A stretch of 64,000 nt of DNA from Takakia lepidozioides (Eukaryota > Plantae > Bryophyta), in the NCBI GenBank assembly GCA_030704615.1, contig CM060732.1:12586001-12650000 (forward strand), in the 5' to 3' direction. Each line of letters opens with the position of its first letter. The stretch's first letter is position 1. Below, piece by piece: positions 24,035 through 38,158 of the stretch. Under the pieces are notes generated by a model. That model made no database searches. It was not told the origin of the DNA and worked only from the letters and a program-made list of their open reading frames with translations. Made by a program: the position numbers and the translations under genes.

Positions 24035-24586
24035 ATGGTAGGTGGGGTTGCGTCTAGAAGTTTAGGGTTTGAAAAGTGTAGGTGGGGTTGCGTTTTGTGA
24101 GCTGATCACGGGAGATCTCCCGTCACTGTATTGAAGTACATCTCTGGTGTACTTGAAGCACCCTGGGTTTTTGATTTATAAACTACTAATTGAAGTTCTG
24201 AAACCTCCATGTTGTTGTTTATGTGCTGTGTTTATGAGAACTTGAATTATCCTTATTGGTGGTATTGTTCATTGCTGTCCCGTCCCTGAATTGAGATATA
24301 GCTCCATACGGTTTGGAAAGACCATTGTGTTGGAGTTTATATTAACGGGTTGTTCTTTTGTTGATTGTGCTCCCAGAACAAAGATTCCGAAGGAATCAGT
24401 CGTAGTGATGAGCACTGAAATTGCCGGTTCCTTCATATATCCACACATTGAAGGATTCACAATAAAGCATGATGGTTTTACGAGCTAAAGAGGAGTATTG
24501 ACTACTGGGGTATTGACGTTGTTGACTCCCCAAACCCAGATAAAGCCATCTTCCGTTACCAGATCGGTGCGGAAAATAAAACACTT

Positions 24587-25712
24587 TTGTGTTGTGATGT
24601 GTTGGGAATTGAAACGGAGGACTCCGTGAGGGATAACAGGGTTACCTTTGTTGTGTTCATCCGCGAGAATGCTAGGAAAGGAGAGAAGATATTTGGGTTC
24701 TCTATGGATGCCATGAGTCTGAGTAGTGATCTGATGGGATTCGCGATTCGGATGGGATTCAGGGTCCCTGTTGTCGAAGACGACCTGGAGATGGAAATCC
24801 TCAAGAGCTGGGAATACCTTGACGGAATTCTCTACAATAATGCCAAGGAGAGACAGCAATTGGAGGTACAGCGACTCCAATCGGAGCAAAAGCAGTTGGA
24901 GGACACGAAGAAGAAACCGAAAAAAACAAGAAAGCCAAAAGAAGGAAATGGAGATGATGACGAAGAAGAGGGGGGAAGAAAACGACGAAAGACCATTGAT
25001 ATAGTGAATAGCCAAGAAAAGAGGCACCTGAAGACTGACGAGATTTTCGACCTGGATGAGGCGAAGAAGGTCGAGACGACTCTCATCGAGCAATACCAGG
25101 ATATATTCCCGTTTGGATTTGAATACGTCCAGGAAGTGGACATCAACCACTGTTTTCTGGCCCCACATCATATGGTTTATCGACCACTCTGTGAGAAGCA
25201 CAAGCTGGAGATTAAATCAAGGCTAGTTGCGTACAACCTAATTGACTCAAAAATGCATGTTTACTTGATTCCACGACACGAGACCGATCCCACGAAGGTG
25301 TGGAGCAGGAAGCCCGTCAATGAGCGCGAACTGCAGAAGGCGACATATTTAATTATCGGAGGACAACATACATTGATGGCAGCCTAGGTCAGGGGAGGTC
25401 TCCCGTGCTAACTCACCTACGAGAAATTCTACTTATTATTTGACCATGTATTTGTCCACTGTCCATTTTTTATTGTCTCTCTTCTAATGCTAATCAACTG
25501 AACTGTGATGATTGCAGGAGCTCTTGGAAGATCCGGCACTAAGTAATGATGTCCTGATAAAATTACTACATACATGGCCTGCTAAGATAGTGTACTCGAC
25601 GGATGAGCTCGATTGGTGACTATCTCCAAGGTTCTGAACAAGCCCAACAAGGAGAATCTTTATGAACCGTCTTTCTATGAGAAGGTCCGTCACTACAGAA
25701 AATATTACAATA
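24587..25712 (+). pseudogene. Family-2 accessory gene, N-terminal part with a ParB/Srx-like domain (truncated)
   Basis: VDINHCFLAP..VYRPL...YLIIGGQHTLMAA, intron ~25388-25518, then WPAKIVY..LVTISKVLN..E. Fused near 25712 to the tail of the E transposase. Confidence 0.6.
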
Positions 25713-25714
25713 CA

Positions 25715-28364
25715 AGGAGCGGCTCCAGAAGTATGATGAGCATCGTCGGGTCGAGACTCAGCAGTGGAAGGTGGAGGTGTTGGAGGTTCCTCCACAATGG
25801 AGGTTCTGGACATGGAGCTGTCATGCAGGAGAACACGAGGCTTCGAGAAGTTATCACGGTCTGCCCTGTGGGAATCTGAATCCGAACCAGGTGGAGTGTT
25901 CAATTTCCTCTTACAGGAGCCGAATCTCTCCTCCCCTTCAAGATATGGAACTCAAGAAACAAGTGGCGTTCCCTGGGCATACATGCTCACCGCCCGTGTT
26001 ATCTTGATTGGATCCCCAGATCTGTTTGCAGCACGCAACATCAACTCCCATTTGTCCGGACCCTTGCCACCAACCCCACCTCGTAAGAAATCACGGTATC
26101 GGGTTTGTTGTTGCAAGGCACGTATCAAATCATCTGTTGTTGCCACATACAAATCCCGACCTCGTTTCCCAGACTGCTGAAACCATGCGTTGTGCACAGT
26201 TTCTGCCAAATTGCAAGATGGCATGTCCGCCATTTCCTCAATGGACATGTTCTGCAAAGTGCAGAACCACACTTCAAAACAGTGAACAGAAAACAACATA
26301 AAGAAAGCGAGGACACAATAAAATGGAAAGCAAATGTATGAAAAAACAATAAATATAAGCCTCGTACTAATGGCATGGCTGCTCCCCACTGTCTATACCG
26401 GAAGTGCCAAAACTCCAGCCAATCTTCCAATGCTCTCATACTCTCAAGTGATACAGCTCCAGAAGAGAACCACCGGGCACGAATTGTCTGGAACAAAGTG
26501 TCCACCTCCTTCATTGTTCTAGCATCTTTGTACTCTTTGCACAATTTACGGTGCTGAGTCTGCATCTCTGGTTTGATGTCCGACTTTGTATGTTTTTCCA
26601 GAGATTGTGTCCAATGGAATAGACATGTACGCTTTCTTCCTGGCATAGGCACTTTTGGGTCGCCCGATCCGAAGACAATACGAACAGCATTGAAATTTGC
26701 TTGAGCACTATCCGCCATGAAACCTGCGAAATTTGGAGATGGCAGCCCATGGCAGCCCATGACACGTATCAGGGAATTCCACATGAGCTTCTGGGATTCC
26801 GTATCCTCGGATTGCATGTCACAAACTACAATTGTCATAACTCGTTGGTACACTGGATCGTAGACATGACAAGCCATTGTCGTCCAATCCTTCACTCATT
26901 TCACATGATCAAATATAAGAAAACAGTTCTGCAAGTCCCCAGTCTTCTGCATCCGCTTCACGAGGCTAACCCCACTGCCCTCCCCAACAGTCGACATTTT
27001 GAAAAGAAAAACTTTGATGGCACCTTGACCTGGGAATACATTGTCCTGGATGTAATCGTACTTGCTCACTCGTTTCAATTCCAAAATATTGTCTATGTAG
27101 CCTCTGATCCCAGAGCCCATTCTCAATGCATTGATCTGATGCCGAATGTTAGGTGAACTTAAAGTGGAGAAATGATCCATGACCAGGTCCAATGTTGCAC
27201 CGTCAAGTTTAGTCCCCACAGAATCCCCTTCACTCAAAATATGGCTTTCCAAGAAGGACTTGCTTGCGCCAAGAGCAATTGCAGATGTTGTTGCGGATGG
27301 GTTTCTCCCGAACTCGATACTGTCTCAACACTCTTCCTGTAATCCCCCTTCGAGATAGGATGGTTATGGAATCCAAAATGCACACAAGCTCTTGTCATTG
27401 TTTTCAAACGGTAGACAACATAGTACATTCTTGCTCCGCAGAGCGCCAAGCAGGATGGCACAAGTTTGCAGAATTTGCAGTCGAAAGTGTTTGCCGGTGG
27501 AGGGGCAGTCCCAGGCTGAAATGGATTTTCCGCCAGACCCTCCCATTCGTTTTGATTATGAACCCCAGACCGAAGAAAGTGTCTGCAATTCAAATTATCA
27601 CACCTAAGGTGTCCATTGCAAACTGTCCTCCTGAAAACAAGCTTGTCATCATTCTGAATATTGGATGTTTTTGTTCTGCACCACGGGTGTCCGTCGTGTT
27701 TCTTGTCCATTCCATGCATCATGATTGTTACACCTCCAACTCGCGGAGGAGGAGGCAGCTCGAATAGGATATCGCCATCAAAAGTCTCTGGCAAGAACTT
27801 CACAGGCACCTGCTTCAAAGATTCCCAATCAATTCCCCGCAACTCACTTTTGAATCCAGCCATTCCTCCCATCGCCCGCAATTTTGGAATGACACTACAA
27901 ATCTCTTCTTCATCAGCTTCTCCAACCACAGTAGGAAGGACTGGATTTGGAATTTCACTTATGTCATCATCGGAAGAATCCAAAAGCTCAACGATTGGAG
28001 TGGAGGACGTCTGTTCTTTTTTCACCACCACCTCCCTCTTGTCTTCAACGACCGAAGTAGCAGTCCCGGGCGTCACATATGACCCAAGGGACTTTCGCCG
28101 AGGCTCTCCAAGTACTCTGTATCGACCAGGACGCACTCTCCACTGGCTGATATGAGCCGTCTCATCACGGTTTTGGAAAGAGTATTTCAACAACTTCCCT
28201 TTAAGATCGTACACCTCTTTCTCCAAAAAGATGGAGCCATTCTGCAGCTAAAAACGGGTAGCCAAGACATGTTCCAGAACAATTGCAAATCCATTGTCAA
28301 GGACTTCCTGGGAGAACGGCACTGGTTAGTCGTCAGAGAAGAACTCCGCTTCAGAGGAAGCCAT
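25715..28364 (-). pseudogene. Element E MULE-type transposase, 3' truncated (SWIM lost)
   Basis: DGHPWCRTKT..C..HLRC..C..CKFC..C..C..HFGFHNHP (WRKY/GCM-like), IFDHVK (D1), GFMADSAQA (D2), CLFH, intron 26367-26252, SCNLAET (E). Confidence 0.88.
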
Positions 28365-30239
28365 CTTCCTTCCTCGCGTACGTTTATACCTTGCTATCGC
28401 AAATCTAGTGTAAATCGGTTTACTGATGTCTCCAGAACACAGTTGAAGAATGAGCAGAGAATATGGCGGAGGAAGCTCAGACAACGACTGTGCATATTAT
28501 GTTATTCTTTCCAGATATGCAGCCGTCCATTTTAATTACTTTTCTTGTGGGCCCAGTGGTCAGAGTATCCCTAGGAGCAGTGTCGGCAGCTGTTAAACTG
28601 TTAATCAGAACCTCATCAATAAACCCAATAACAAAGCCGACTTCCTGGAAGCATGCCACAGGATCTGAGGATGGGATTGCAGATTAAGTAAATGTATCTT
28701 TATACTACTACCAATGATCATGCGCACCTGGAAAGTTCCAAATGTGAAACGAATGTGGGGTTTGGCTAACAAGGATGACTGTGTATGATATTCCAAAATT
28801 TGTCATCAAACTCTCGTTCATTTACATTTATTTGTGTGAGACTGTGCGCCAAGATTTCTAGGATTCGCTGTTATTTTTAAATATTGAAACTGTTCTAATA
28901 AAGAACACGCCGTTTATTTTGGGCGACACACGTCAGACATCCATAACTGAATACGAACAGCTGTACACCAATTGCTGGCATGTGCACTAATAAGGGAACG
29001 ACTATGTGTAACGGTCACGCGAGAGGGAATCCGATGCTTCTAGAGACAAGCAAGAACGCAGGCAATCCCGCAAAAAATCGGGAGTCACTGCGTTTTTCTA
29101 CTTTTCGCGCTTAGAGAGAGAGTGGTAGTCAAGCTGGAGAGGGTTCCTTCTACAATACGAAAGAGAAGAAAGTCTCTTTATTTTACTTCCCTTAGATAGA
29201 GATGCAGAGCAAGAGAGCAAATGACGAGGCGTCGTTTGTTGAAGAACACAGGGCCAAGGCAGCAGGTGAACGCGGAGACTGATTCACAAGAGCAGACGGA
29301 GACTGAGGCAGCGGCTGTGACACAGTCGGCGATAAGAGTGCGCCAGCCTGTGGATGCAGAGATGATTCGCAGGGACACTGAAGGAGGTGGAAGCACGCGG
29401 AACGCCGAACCGGGAGAAGGTCTAGAAACCCTAGAGCAGACAAATTCCAGCAGATGTGAGAGGGAAGAGGAAAGCTGCAGAAGGGGATCCAATTTCAAAA
29501 CCTAAGAAGGCAACAGTAAGTTTTCTCTAACTTACATTTGATTGTTGAAGATATGCGTAGAGATTGAGTGGAATGTCCCAGACAGGGATTGTCGCTACCG
29601 ACCATCACAAAGGTGATTTTCTTTCTACTCCTCTGCTAAGGGTTTACCGCACAATGAGTGGGTGACTATCGGTACCGTCATTCACTGTTGTTCAGATCAT
29701 ACAGTCTGTCTGATTGTCTTTCAAGGAGTCCTTCCTCTTCCCTTCTTTAGCAGGAACTACTGAATTGCGAGCGTCGTTAACGCCATTCGATTCTCTTCAT
29801 GAGATTTATGTACCTATGTGTTTGAAGAGAGACTGAGGGTCGGCATACCGTCAATCATCGTTGTTCAGATCATACAGTCTGTCTGATTGCCTTTCAAGCA
29901 GTCCTTCATCTTCCCATGCTGGCGACGGTAATCACAATGGAGTCAATCTGAATAATCTGCACCTACTGTCCGCTCTAAACTATACTGAATGTCGTTGCCG
30001 CCAATCACTTACACATAGATGTCATTACACAACACCGATCCGGCAGGTCCTTATCTTTTGTGATTGTCGTTAACGCCGTTCGCTATCGCTCTCGCTTTTG
30101 TTTTGAATACGGCAGGATCAGCTTTGCTTGTGTAGATTGTGCTGAATTAATTCACACCATTCATAGTGAGTTTCTTTGAGACAGAGTGATGGTCGTTACC
30201 GCCGTTCACTATTTGCAAATTACTCAGTCAGAATTGAAT

Positions 30240-33200
30240 GGCATCGTGCAGAAAACTGTGAGGTCGAAGCCTACAGGATCAGAGGGGAAAGGATCTGGAG
30301 ATGGGGACGAGTCCGGAAAAAGCTCAGAGAATACAGATGAAGCAGATGAATCTGAAGTGCACTACCTTGACAAGGTGAAAGAACTCATGTCATTCTAGAA
30401 GGTAAACTCTCAGGAGGTTATAAGGGACATGCTCGTATCTGGAGGGCGTCTGGACATCCCTTTATGCCGGATGATATCAATGCCTGTTGTGCGTCCACCT
30501 CTTTCCCATGATATAACAAAATTGGAGAGTGATTTTGTGCATGGATATAGACTTGGTGCACAAGTTTTTTATGTGTCACTGACGGATATAAATGGGAAAA
30601 GCACATTAGTGTCACCAGAGATCAGTGATAACTGGGATGAGTGCTGGAAAGCTGCCAATGAGGAGTTCGAGCTGGGCCTCATGATGGGAAAGAACACCCA
30701 GCAATTCTGCAACCACATGTTCTACGTCTGGGACGGCAACCACCGATTGCTGGCATGGATGGGATACATTCAGAAACACCATGCGAAAGACAAAGACAAG
30801 CATGTTGCTGTGGAAGCAATGGTTTTGGATCCTGGAAACGACATCGCTAGGCTTCTTACAGCTATGCACGATGTGAACAAGTAAGTCATCCAGGAGATTT
30901 CATTCCCTCTGTAGTGTCTTATTAATCCCCAAAAAATAGTGTTAAGGAATGCAATGTTTCCAATGTTTTTGCAGATCGACAGAGAAATCGTATGTGACAA
31001 CAAGCTTGGTTCACACACTATTCCGAATTCAGAGGATTGGTCTGATGAAGCTGGATGATTTTCGGACAGTACTACCACCCAATATCATCAAGAAGTGCGA
31101 AACAGGAAGAGCTGCAGGCACTTGGTATTCTTTGACACGAGAGGCGTTTCTGGAGTACATGTATGCGGTAAGCCCGAGTCTGTACTCAGTTTACTTTTCG
31201 AATACATGTTTGTAGTCCCTTCGGTGCTAATCACTACTTGAATCAATGCAGCAAGAACTGGCAGAGGCAGCTGAGAAGGGAAAATCCGAATATTACCGCA
31301 CTACACCAGAGGAACTAAGGACATCAAAGGGTGTGGAAGTTGCAATAAAGAAGGAGTTTGAAATGCGAAGAACCAAATTGATGTCCGCCTTCGGAAAGCA
31401 ACTTAGAATAGTAGATCCTGGACTTGGTTCTGAGTTCCTTCAGCAGATCAAAACACACTATGACAAGCATGTGCATCCGGAGATGCAGCAGGAGAAATTG
31501 CACCGGCTGGCCATATCGATGGTCGACCCACAAACAAAAATAAGGTGGCTGGAGATATGGAACTCAGATCAAACAGTAAAGGACTTGAATCAGTTCCCAA
31601 AGAGCACCATACAGCCTGGCACAAAGGTGGAAGGAATCACTGATTTGGTTTTTGATAACTGGCTCCACAATGCTACATTTTGGAGTCAGGTGTGTATTCA
31701 AACATGCCGTTTTCTTCTCTTCAAGTATGTGATGAGTATCTTATTTGCAATTCTGACAAATATACAATTTGCAGCTCGAAAAGCGCGCCGTCATTGTGCT
31801 GGATCAAACTTTGAAGGACCTGAACATTTCGATTGTTTCGCCTCCCCAAATGTCATTGGAGGCATACATAAGGAAGTGGAGAGGTCTCACCTGGAGATAC
31901 TGTTTTTTCCGGGAGTTCTCCAAAGATGGAAACATTTTACGGTCCAACGATTTTGACAGACAGGTTGGAGGAGAGTGGGCCATGATGCGAGTTGTGTACA
32001 GGTGCAATGTCATACTTGAAACTCTACTGCTTTTTTTGGGAAAAAATGTGGCTTCATAAGGATTGCAATCATAGATCCAGATTGAATGTCGTTGACGACA
32101 TTCACTTCTTTGTCTGAGTCATTCTTAAGCGAGTATATGAATTCACCTGGTTAGGATCTAAGGGTGTAATTATAGTGTCCCTGATTAGAATTGATAATGT
32201 CATTGAATGATGTTGATGACATTCACATCCGGAGTTGTTGAGAGGTCCTCAGAGTTATGTAAATTTTTGTAATGTCCATAGAGGTTACATTGAGGGTTCA
32301 TCACTTCATTTTGCTGAATGTCAATGCAGATATTCAGTTGTTCTGCATTGTTTTTGCCTCTTGCGAGGAATCTGGAGGCTTGATAAGCTCTGTTATGAGA
32401 AATCCAAAGTGAATGTCGTTGACGACATTCACTTCTGTGTCTGTATTATTCACCAGCGACAATTTGAATTTACATGGATGGGAGCTAAGTAATTGGTTCC
32501 TTGTTGGTATTTTTGTGAATGGCGTTGACGCCATTCACATACAGTGTTGTTGTGAGGTCCTCAGTGATATGTTCGTTATGAATGTGCATTGAGTTTTCCG
32601 AGAGGGTTCCTTACTCGAGTTTATGATTTCCATCCTGTGATTTTGCTTCATTTGAGGAATAATTAGGCTTGATTAGGAGTGTATTCACAAATCCAAAGTG
32701 AATGTCGTTGACAACATTCACTTCTATGTCTGTGTCATTCCAAAACGATAGTTTGCATTCACCTGGATTAGGGTGTATTTACAATATCATTGAATGGAAT
32801 GTTTTGAATGGCGTTGACGACATTCACATCTGGAGCAGTCGTGTGGTCCTGAAAGGTCCTTGGAGCAGTTCTCAGAGCCATTTCAATCTATGTTTTTTTC
32901 ATTCTGTTCTACTTGCATCTTATTCACTGAGCGCTTTTGTGGGTTGGGATTTATCTCCTTTTTTTCAGGTACACGAAATATGTGCTTATGGAAGGAAATC
33001 ACCTGAGCAGAATTCCAGACTATCTTGACATGTGGTCGGACCCTGCAAACGATCCAACCATGTATACTGCAGGGATATTGAAGGACTGGAGTCCTTCTCA
33101 CTTCAGAGACTGTGGGTGGTACCTTGACTACCCACCGGAGCACACGACCTTTCAAGAACAGCATATGAAATACTTGAACAATAACGCTGAGATGTTGGCG

Positions 33201-33620
33201 CCTTTGACTGACGAAGAGTACCAACAAAACATAGCAACATTGGCTGCCAAGGAGCCTGATGCTCAGGGAACGCCGCAGAAGGGAAAGAAGGCGGGCCGCA
33301 AACCAAAAGACAAGGTTGTTGATGTCATAGCCATCTCACCAGCAAAGCCAAAGGACAAAGACAAGTCCAAAGAGAAGGAAAAAGGACAAGGGGAAGGAGA
33401 AAGAAAAGGAGATGGAGAGTGGGCAGGACTTTACTGCTGGAAGATATACCCGCACTGTTCAATGCGTGTTCGATGCCAAGCCACACCCTTCCCGTTTTGA
33501 TTCGGCAGGAGAGATGAAAATTGTTAATGAGGGTTGGCTGTCGATGATGCAGAGTCGAAAGAGAGGATACACTGGGGTGCCTTCGCCTACCTGGGACAAT
33601 ATAATCTCATTCCTCAATCT
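30240..33620 (+). pseudogene. Element E accessory gene: ParB/Srx-like domain plus helical region, interrupted by element C
   Basis: LDIPLCRMISMPVVRP...GYRLGAQVFYVS...FYVWDGNHRLLAW. GT-AG introns after ~30881, 31167, 31689 and 32000. Colinear with the C and D accessory genes (e.g. CGWYLDYP vs CPWYVDLP). Confidence 0.8.
32070..32830. repeat. Intronic ~300-bp repeat carrying the E-specific palindrome TGAATGTCGTTGACGACATTCA
   Basis: Palindrome copies near 32083, 32205, 32410, 32516, 32699 and 32806. Confidence 0.85.
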
Positions 33621-34559
33621 GGTGAGAATTCCAGTTTCTTTCCTTTTTCTCTGAAAGTTTCGTTGGCAGTATTTCAGTCTCGTTCTTTGAAAACATTCTT
33701 GCCATCGTTGAGGTTTACTATTTCATGAGCAGAAACCATGAGCCATGAGCCATGAGCCGCATGAGCCGCATGAGCGGTGAGCCGAAGTCTAAGATACGCG
33801 GATTTCATGAGCGGACTCCTCCAAATTTGGAAATGCGGCAGATTAAACAAGTATTAAAATAATAGTTTTTTATTTGACCTTGCCGTTTTTGGACGTTCCA
33901 GATCATGTAATGCGGCGAAGATATGTTGTCAGTAACAAGTCCGCTCATGGTTTTATAGATCCGCTCATGGAAATAAGTGACCGTGCAACGGGAAATCCAG
34001 TATACCACTGCAAAAGGACGTCGCATACTGGCCTGTATAGAGTATTCCGCGGTTTTACATGCCTTAACATTGGAATGAAGCTGACCCTTTTGCCGCGATT
34101 GAACCAATGGAGTCTGCACCAATACAGTCTGCAGTACTTCACAATTCTGTCTTCTTCGGTATTCGGCGGGAAAGGTTTGCAACTGAACTGGGAAATAAGG
34201 TGCCGCATTAGGGTTCGCACGTGCGAAATTTCGGAACGGTTTGGTGTTGGTGAAGGCCGCCTCTACCAATACCTACGACGATACTTGGAAATGCGGCGCC
34301 GCATTTCCTTGTCGGAGGTCGAATGAGGAAAGCAAGTTTTTGGAAAGCAGAAAAACATGAACCCTCCAACATACAAAAATACATGCACGTGGAAACAAGT
34401 GAACGATATAGTAATATCTTAGTTCGAGCAAAACAGGTTACTGGTAGGCAAGACATATGTCGGACCTTTCTGTGGCCAGAGTCTGAGGTACTGGCAGCAG
34501 TACAGTTCTACTATCCGAAAAGGATGGGTGTACCATTGTATTGGGACCGCAAGCCAAGC

Positions 34560-37500
34560 TCACTGGTCCCCTGGATCCATATTCAGAAGAGTGTGAACCT
34601 CCTGGGGGCTCAACCCTGGTGCATGTATGAAGTGATGAGTTGTGGAATTACAACGGAGTCTCTTTAGGTACACGTAGTACAAATGCTTGCAAGGGCAGTA
34701 TGATGCCCCCTTGTTCGCCATGATCTGGAAGTCGGTGCAATTGCAGGTGGGTAATTCTGAAATGGTGATGGTGTACACCTCATTGCGAACAGCTGAGCCC
34801 GCCGTGGCCATCTGATACACACGCCCGAATCCTGGTGGGGGCACTTCTGTCGAGCTCTGGATTGTACAGTTCATCCGAAGTGCATTCCCCATCCTTGTCT
34901 CGTTCACTTTTGAGGGAGGTCGCCGCCTCTTCGGTTTCCCCCAACGGTGTGTAGGATGCTTAGAGCTGTCGTGTCCCATTGTTCTTGCTCTCACAGGGGT
35001 CGGTGGTGGAGGCTGTGGAAGCGGAAATGGTTGTCTGGGGACGTCAGTGCGCTGCACCATCCGAAATCCTGCGGCGGTAAGGGCGTCGGCCTCAACCTGA
35101 CTCAGATCGCAGCCTGGTTCCACCGGCCACACCGGGGGAGCCTCTGGCATTGTTTGTATGCCGTACTTGGGCTTTCCATACACGCAAGTCATAATGTCGT
35201 GCCTGCAGAACCAGAACTGGGTGGTTGTCGCCTCCGCAAACTTTGCATGGACAAATCTTCCTGTAAAAGTAGGAGCAGGGACAGCCCCATCTGGATTCCT
35301 CCTTATCATCTCTAAACAACGTTGTCGTGTATCCACACGAATTGCGGAACACCTTCCTCAAAACGATGGCTTTGTGCGAGCAATTCTCCACTGTGATGCA
35401 GACACAGTCGTCTCCACAATGGCTTGGCCATACTGCATAACAGCGGGCGGAATCTGGGGCAAGGGAGCGGTGGGAATTTCTCGCACGAAATCCCCGGTTG
35501 AAGGCGACGGCGATCTGGAATTTCTCGGGCTTCCACTGCTGGAAGACACATTGTGCGGCAACATGACGGGACCTCGAGGTGCTGTCCGAATGTTCCTGTC
35601 GGATCTCCAGGAATCCTCTTCGCACCCGGGTTCCTCTTCAATCCTCCGCCTGACAGGGCGAGTCCGGACGTCCCCCTCTAGGTGTTCACCTCTGCGGTGC
35701 AGAGGCGTCCCTTTGATCTTCTCTCGCAATGTTGTCGCCCATTTCACTGGATTCTTGGACCTCGAAGCAGTTCGTACCAACAATTCCTCCCGTCCGGCCC
35801 AAAGCCCCATTGTTTGCCGCTCAGGAACTTGTAGTACGTGGCTTGCTGCATGATTGCTCTGTCGATGTCCTCCGTTGTGGCCGTCACTACGTCCACCAGA
35901 TGTGCGGCAGAAGACGCTCGCCAGGAGGAGTGGACCGATTTCTGCCATATTCGTGTTCGGCATGTCCGTGTCGGAATCCAAGCACCGCTCCTAGAAGGAC
36001 ACAAACAATGGTGAGGGACCAATCGAAATGTCTGTAACAGAAAGACAAATGAACGAAAATGACAGCAGCCTACCTCCCGCATGTACTGTCCGAACTGTCG
36101 ATACCGAAAATGCCACCACCCCAACCAGCTGTGCAATGCTCCCAGATTGGTTGTCTCCACTGCACCTGACGTGTTCCACCAAGCCTCGATGATAGCAAAC
36201 TTAACCTCCGCGTCATCAAATGTGGGTGCATCCTTCCACGCCGTACAAAGGACACGGTGTTCAGCCTGGAATGAGCTAGCAACAAATTTGGTAGTGTAGT
36301 GGGATAGACTCTGCATCCAATGGAATCCACAGGATCTCTCTTTCCCCTCCATTGGAACATTGGGGTCCTCACCGTACACACGCCGCACCGCTGCCCAGTT
36401 GGCCTGAGCGTTGTCTGCCATGAATCCCCTGAAATTGGGCTCTGGCAATCCCGCCCTTGCCATCTGCTCGTTTTATGCCCTCCCACAGATGCATCTCGGA
36501 CTGTGTGTCCTCCCCTTTCATCTCGCAGATTGCAATCGTCATGAGCCTCTTGGAGTGATAGTCATAAACATGCGCACCCATAGTCACCCACTGATGGTTT
36601 GTAATTCGCTTGATGTGATCAAACATCACCCAAGCATTCGACAAGTTTCCAGTTGTCATGCAAGTGACCAAGTCGACTCCACTCCCAGGCCACACGTCGA
36701 CATTTTGAAAATGTAACAACGATCGGATTTGTGCCTGCCCTGGAAACCTGCTACCTGGATGTAGTCATATCCAGTCATTCGTTTCACCTCCAGGATTGAG
36801 TACATGTCCGACCCCCTGCCGAACTCCTGCTTGCAAGATACGATGTGATTCCGCACATTCGGACTACAAACGTGCGAGACGGACTCCAAGAGGTCACGCA
36901 TCTGTCTTTGGTCAAGGGCTCTCGGTCGGAACCATCTTTAGACATGATTTTGCCAAGAGCAATCTTGTGGCTGCCTTCAGCTGAATCTGCTTTGGTCTGG
37001 CTCCGGGGCTCAATTTCACCTCCTCTTTTATGATGTCGTGTGCTTCCTGCACAGCCTCACGCATGTTGCCTCTCGCCAAGGGGTGGCAGTGGACCCCAAC
37101 GTTATGCAAGCTCTAGTCAAGTCCGGGAGCAAATGGATAACGTAATATTGCTTGACTCTGCACATGGACATGCACGTCGGTGGTTCTTTGCAATGTGCAC
37201 ACTTGAAAGAAACCGCAGGAGCTTGGCTGGAGACAATGAATGGATGATGCGTTGTGCAGTCCAATCCGTCTCGTTTCTCCGCCCTCCTTGGAGAGAAAGT
37301 GGAAGCAGGTGGGATTGAGGCACCTCAGCTTCCCCGCACAGAGGACATATCGTACACGAACACCATCAGCAATTTTCGTGCTACTGGTCTTCGTCACACA
37401 CCAGGGGTGTCCGTCATGCTTTCGATCCATGTCTGTTAACATCCCGGAGGCTTTGTTTGACGAAGAAACAGGTGGAAACTCGAAGATGACATTGCCATCG

Positions 37501-38158
37501 ACTTCGGGAGGCAGAACGTTACCTTTCTGACTGGGAATTTGGCATAGTCGAGAGCAGCCAGCTCGGAGCGAGAACCATCGAGGTGATGTTGTCGTAGGAG
37601 CTGCACAATGGACCGGGTTGGAGTTATGCTCGAGGGCACATGCGTAGCACCTACAGAGACGTCCATGCCGGATTTGAACGACCGTGTGGAGGACATGGGT
37701 ACCTCAATGCAATCATCTTCCTCGTCGGAAATGTCGAATACGTCCACACGAGAAGCTATGGAGGGTCTTGACGGTCCAGGTCGGGAATGATTATCGTTGC
37801 ATACCTCTCTATTGGCAGTGGCCGCCTGTCGGTTTCCGGACTCCTTTGTGGATGTGTGTGGGTAGCGACTGATTCGGAAAGGGAATGGGCATTCCCACAG
37901 CTCGGTACAGGATGGTGTCTGATGGGGGTACGTGCCATTCGATTCCGCAACCTCCGTCGTTACCTAGCACGACAATGGTCTCGTCAACCTGTCCAGGAAC
38001 ATCCTTCCTTTCTTCTTCCAAATAAACTGTGCCGGTTTGAGCTTGAATTTGGAACAAAGGTAAGTTTCAGTCACTCTGCAAAGTCCTCCCTCGTTTGGGA
38101 TCCAGGCTCTCCCAAGTTGCGGAGGACAGCAAACTATAGCGTAGGAATTCGGAGCCAT
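34560..38158 (-). pseudogene. Element C full-length MULE-type transposase (WRKY/GCM-like Zn finger, DDE, SWIM), frameshifted
   Basis: DGHPWCVTKT..CAGKLRC; WVMFDHIKR; FMADNAQA; CGFH; intron 36073-35991; NTNMAE; SWIM CNCTDF..PCKHLYY. Confidence 0.92.

Noticed and set aside
29221-29505. Short ORF possibly forming the first exon of the E accessory gene
   Set aside because: Plausible (a donor-like GTAAG lies nearby at ~29516) but there is no homology support, so it is not called.
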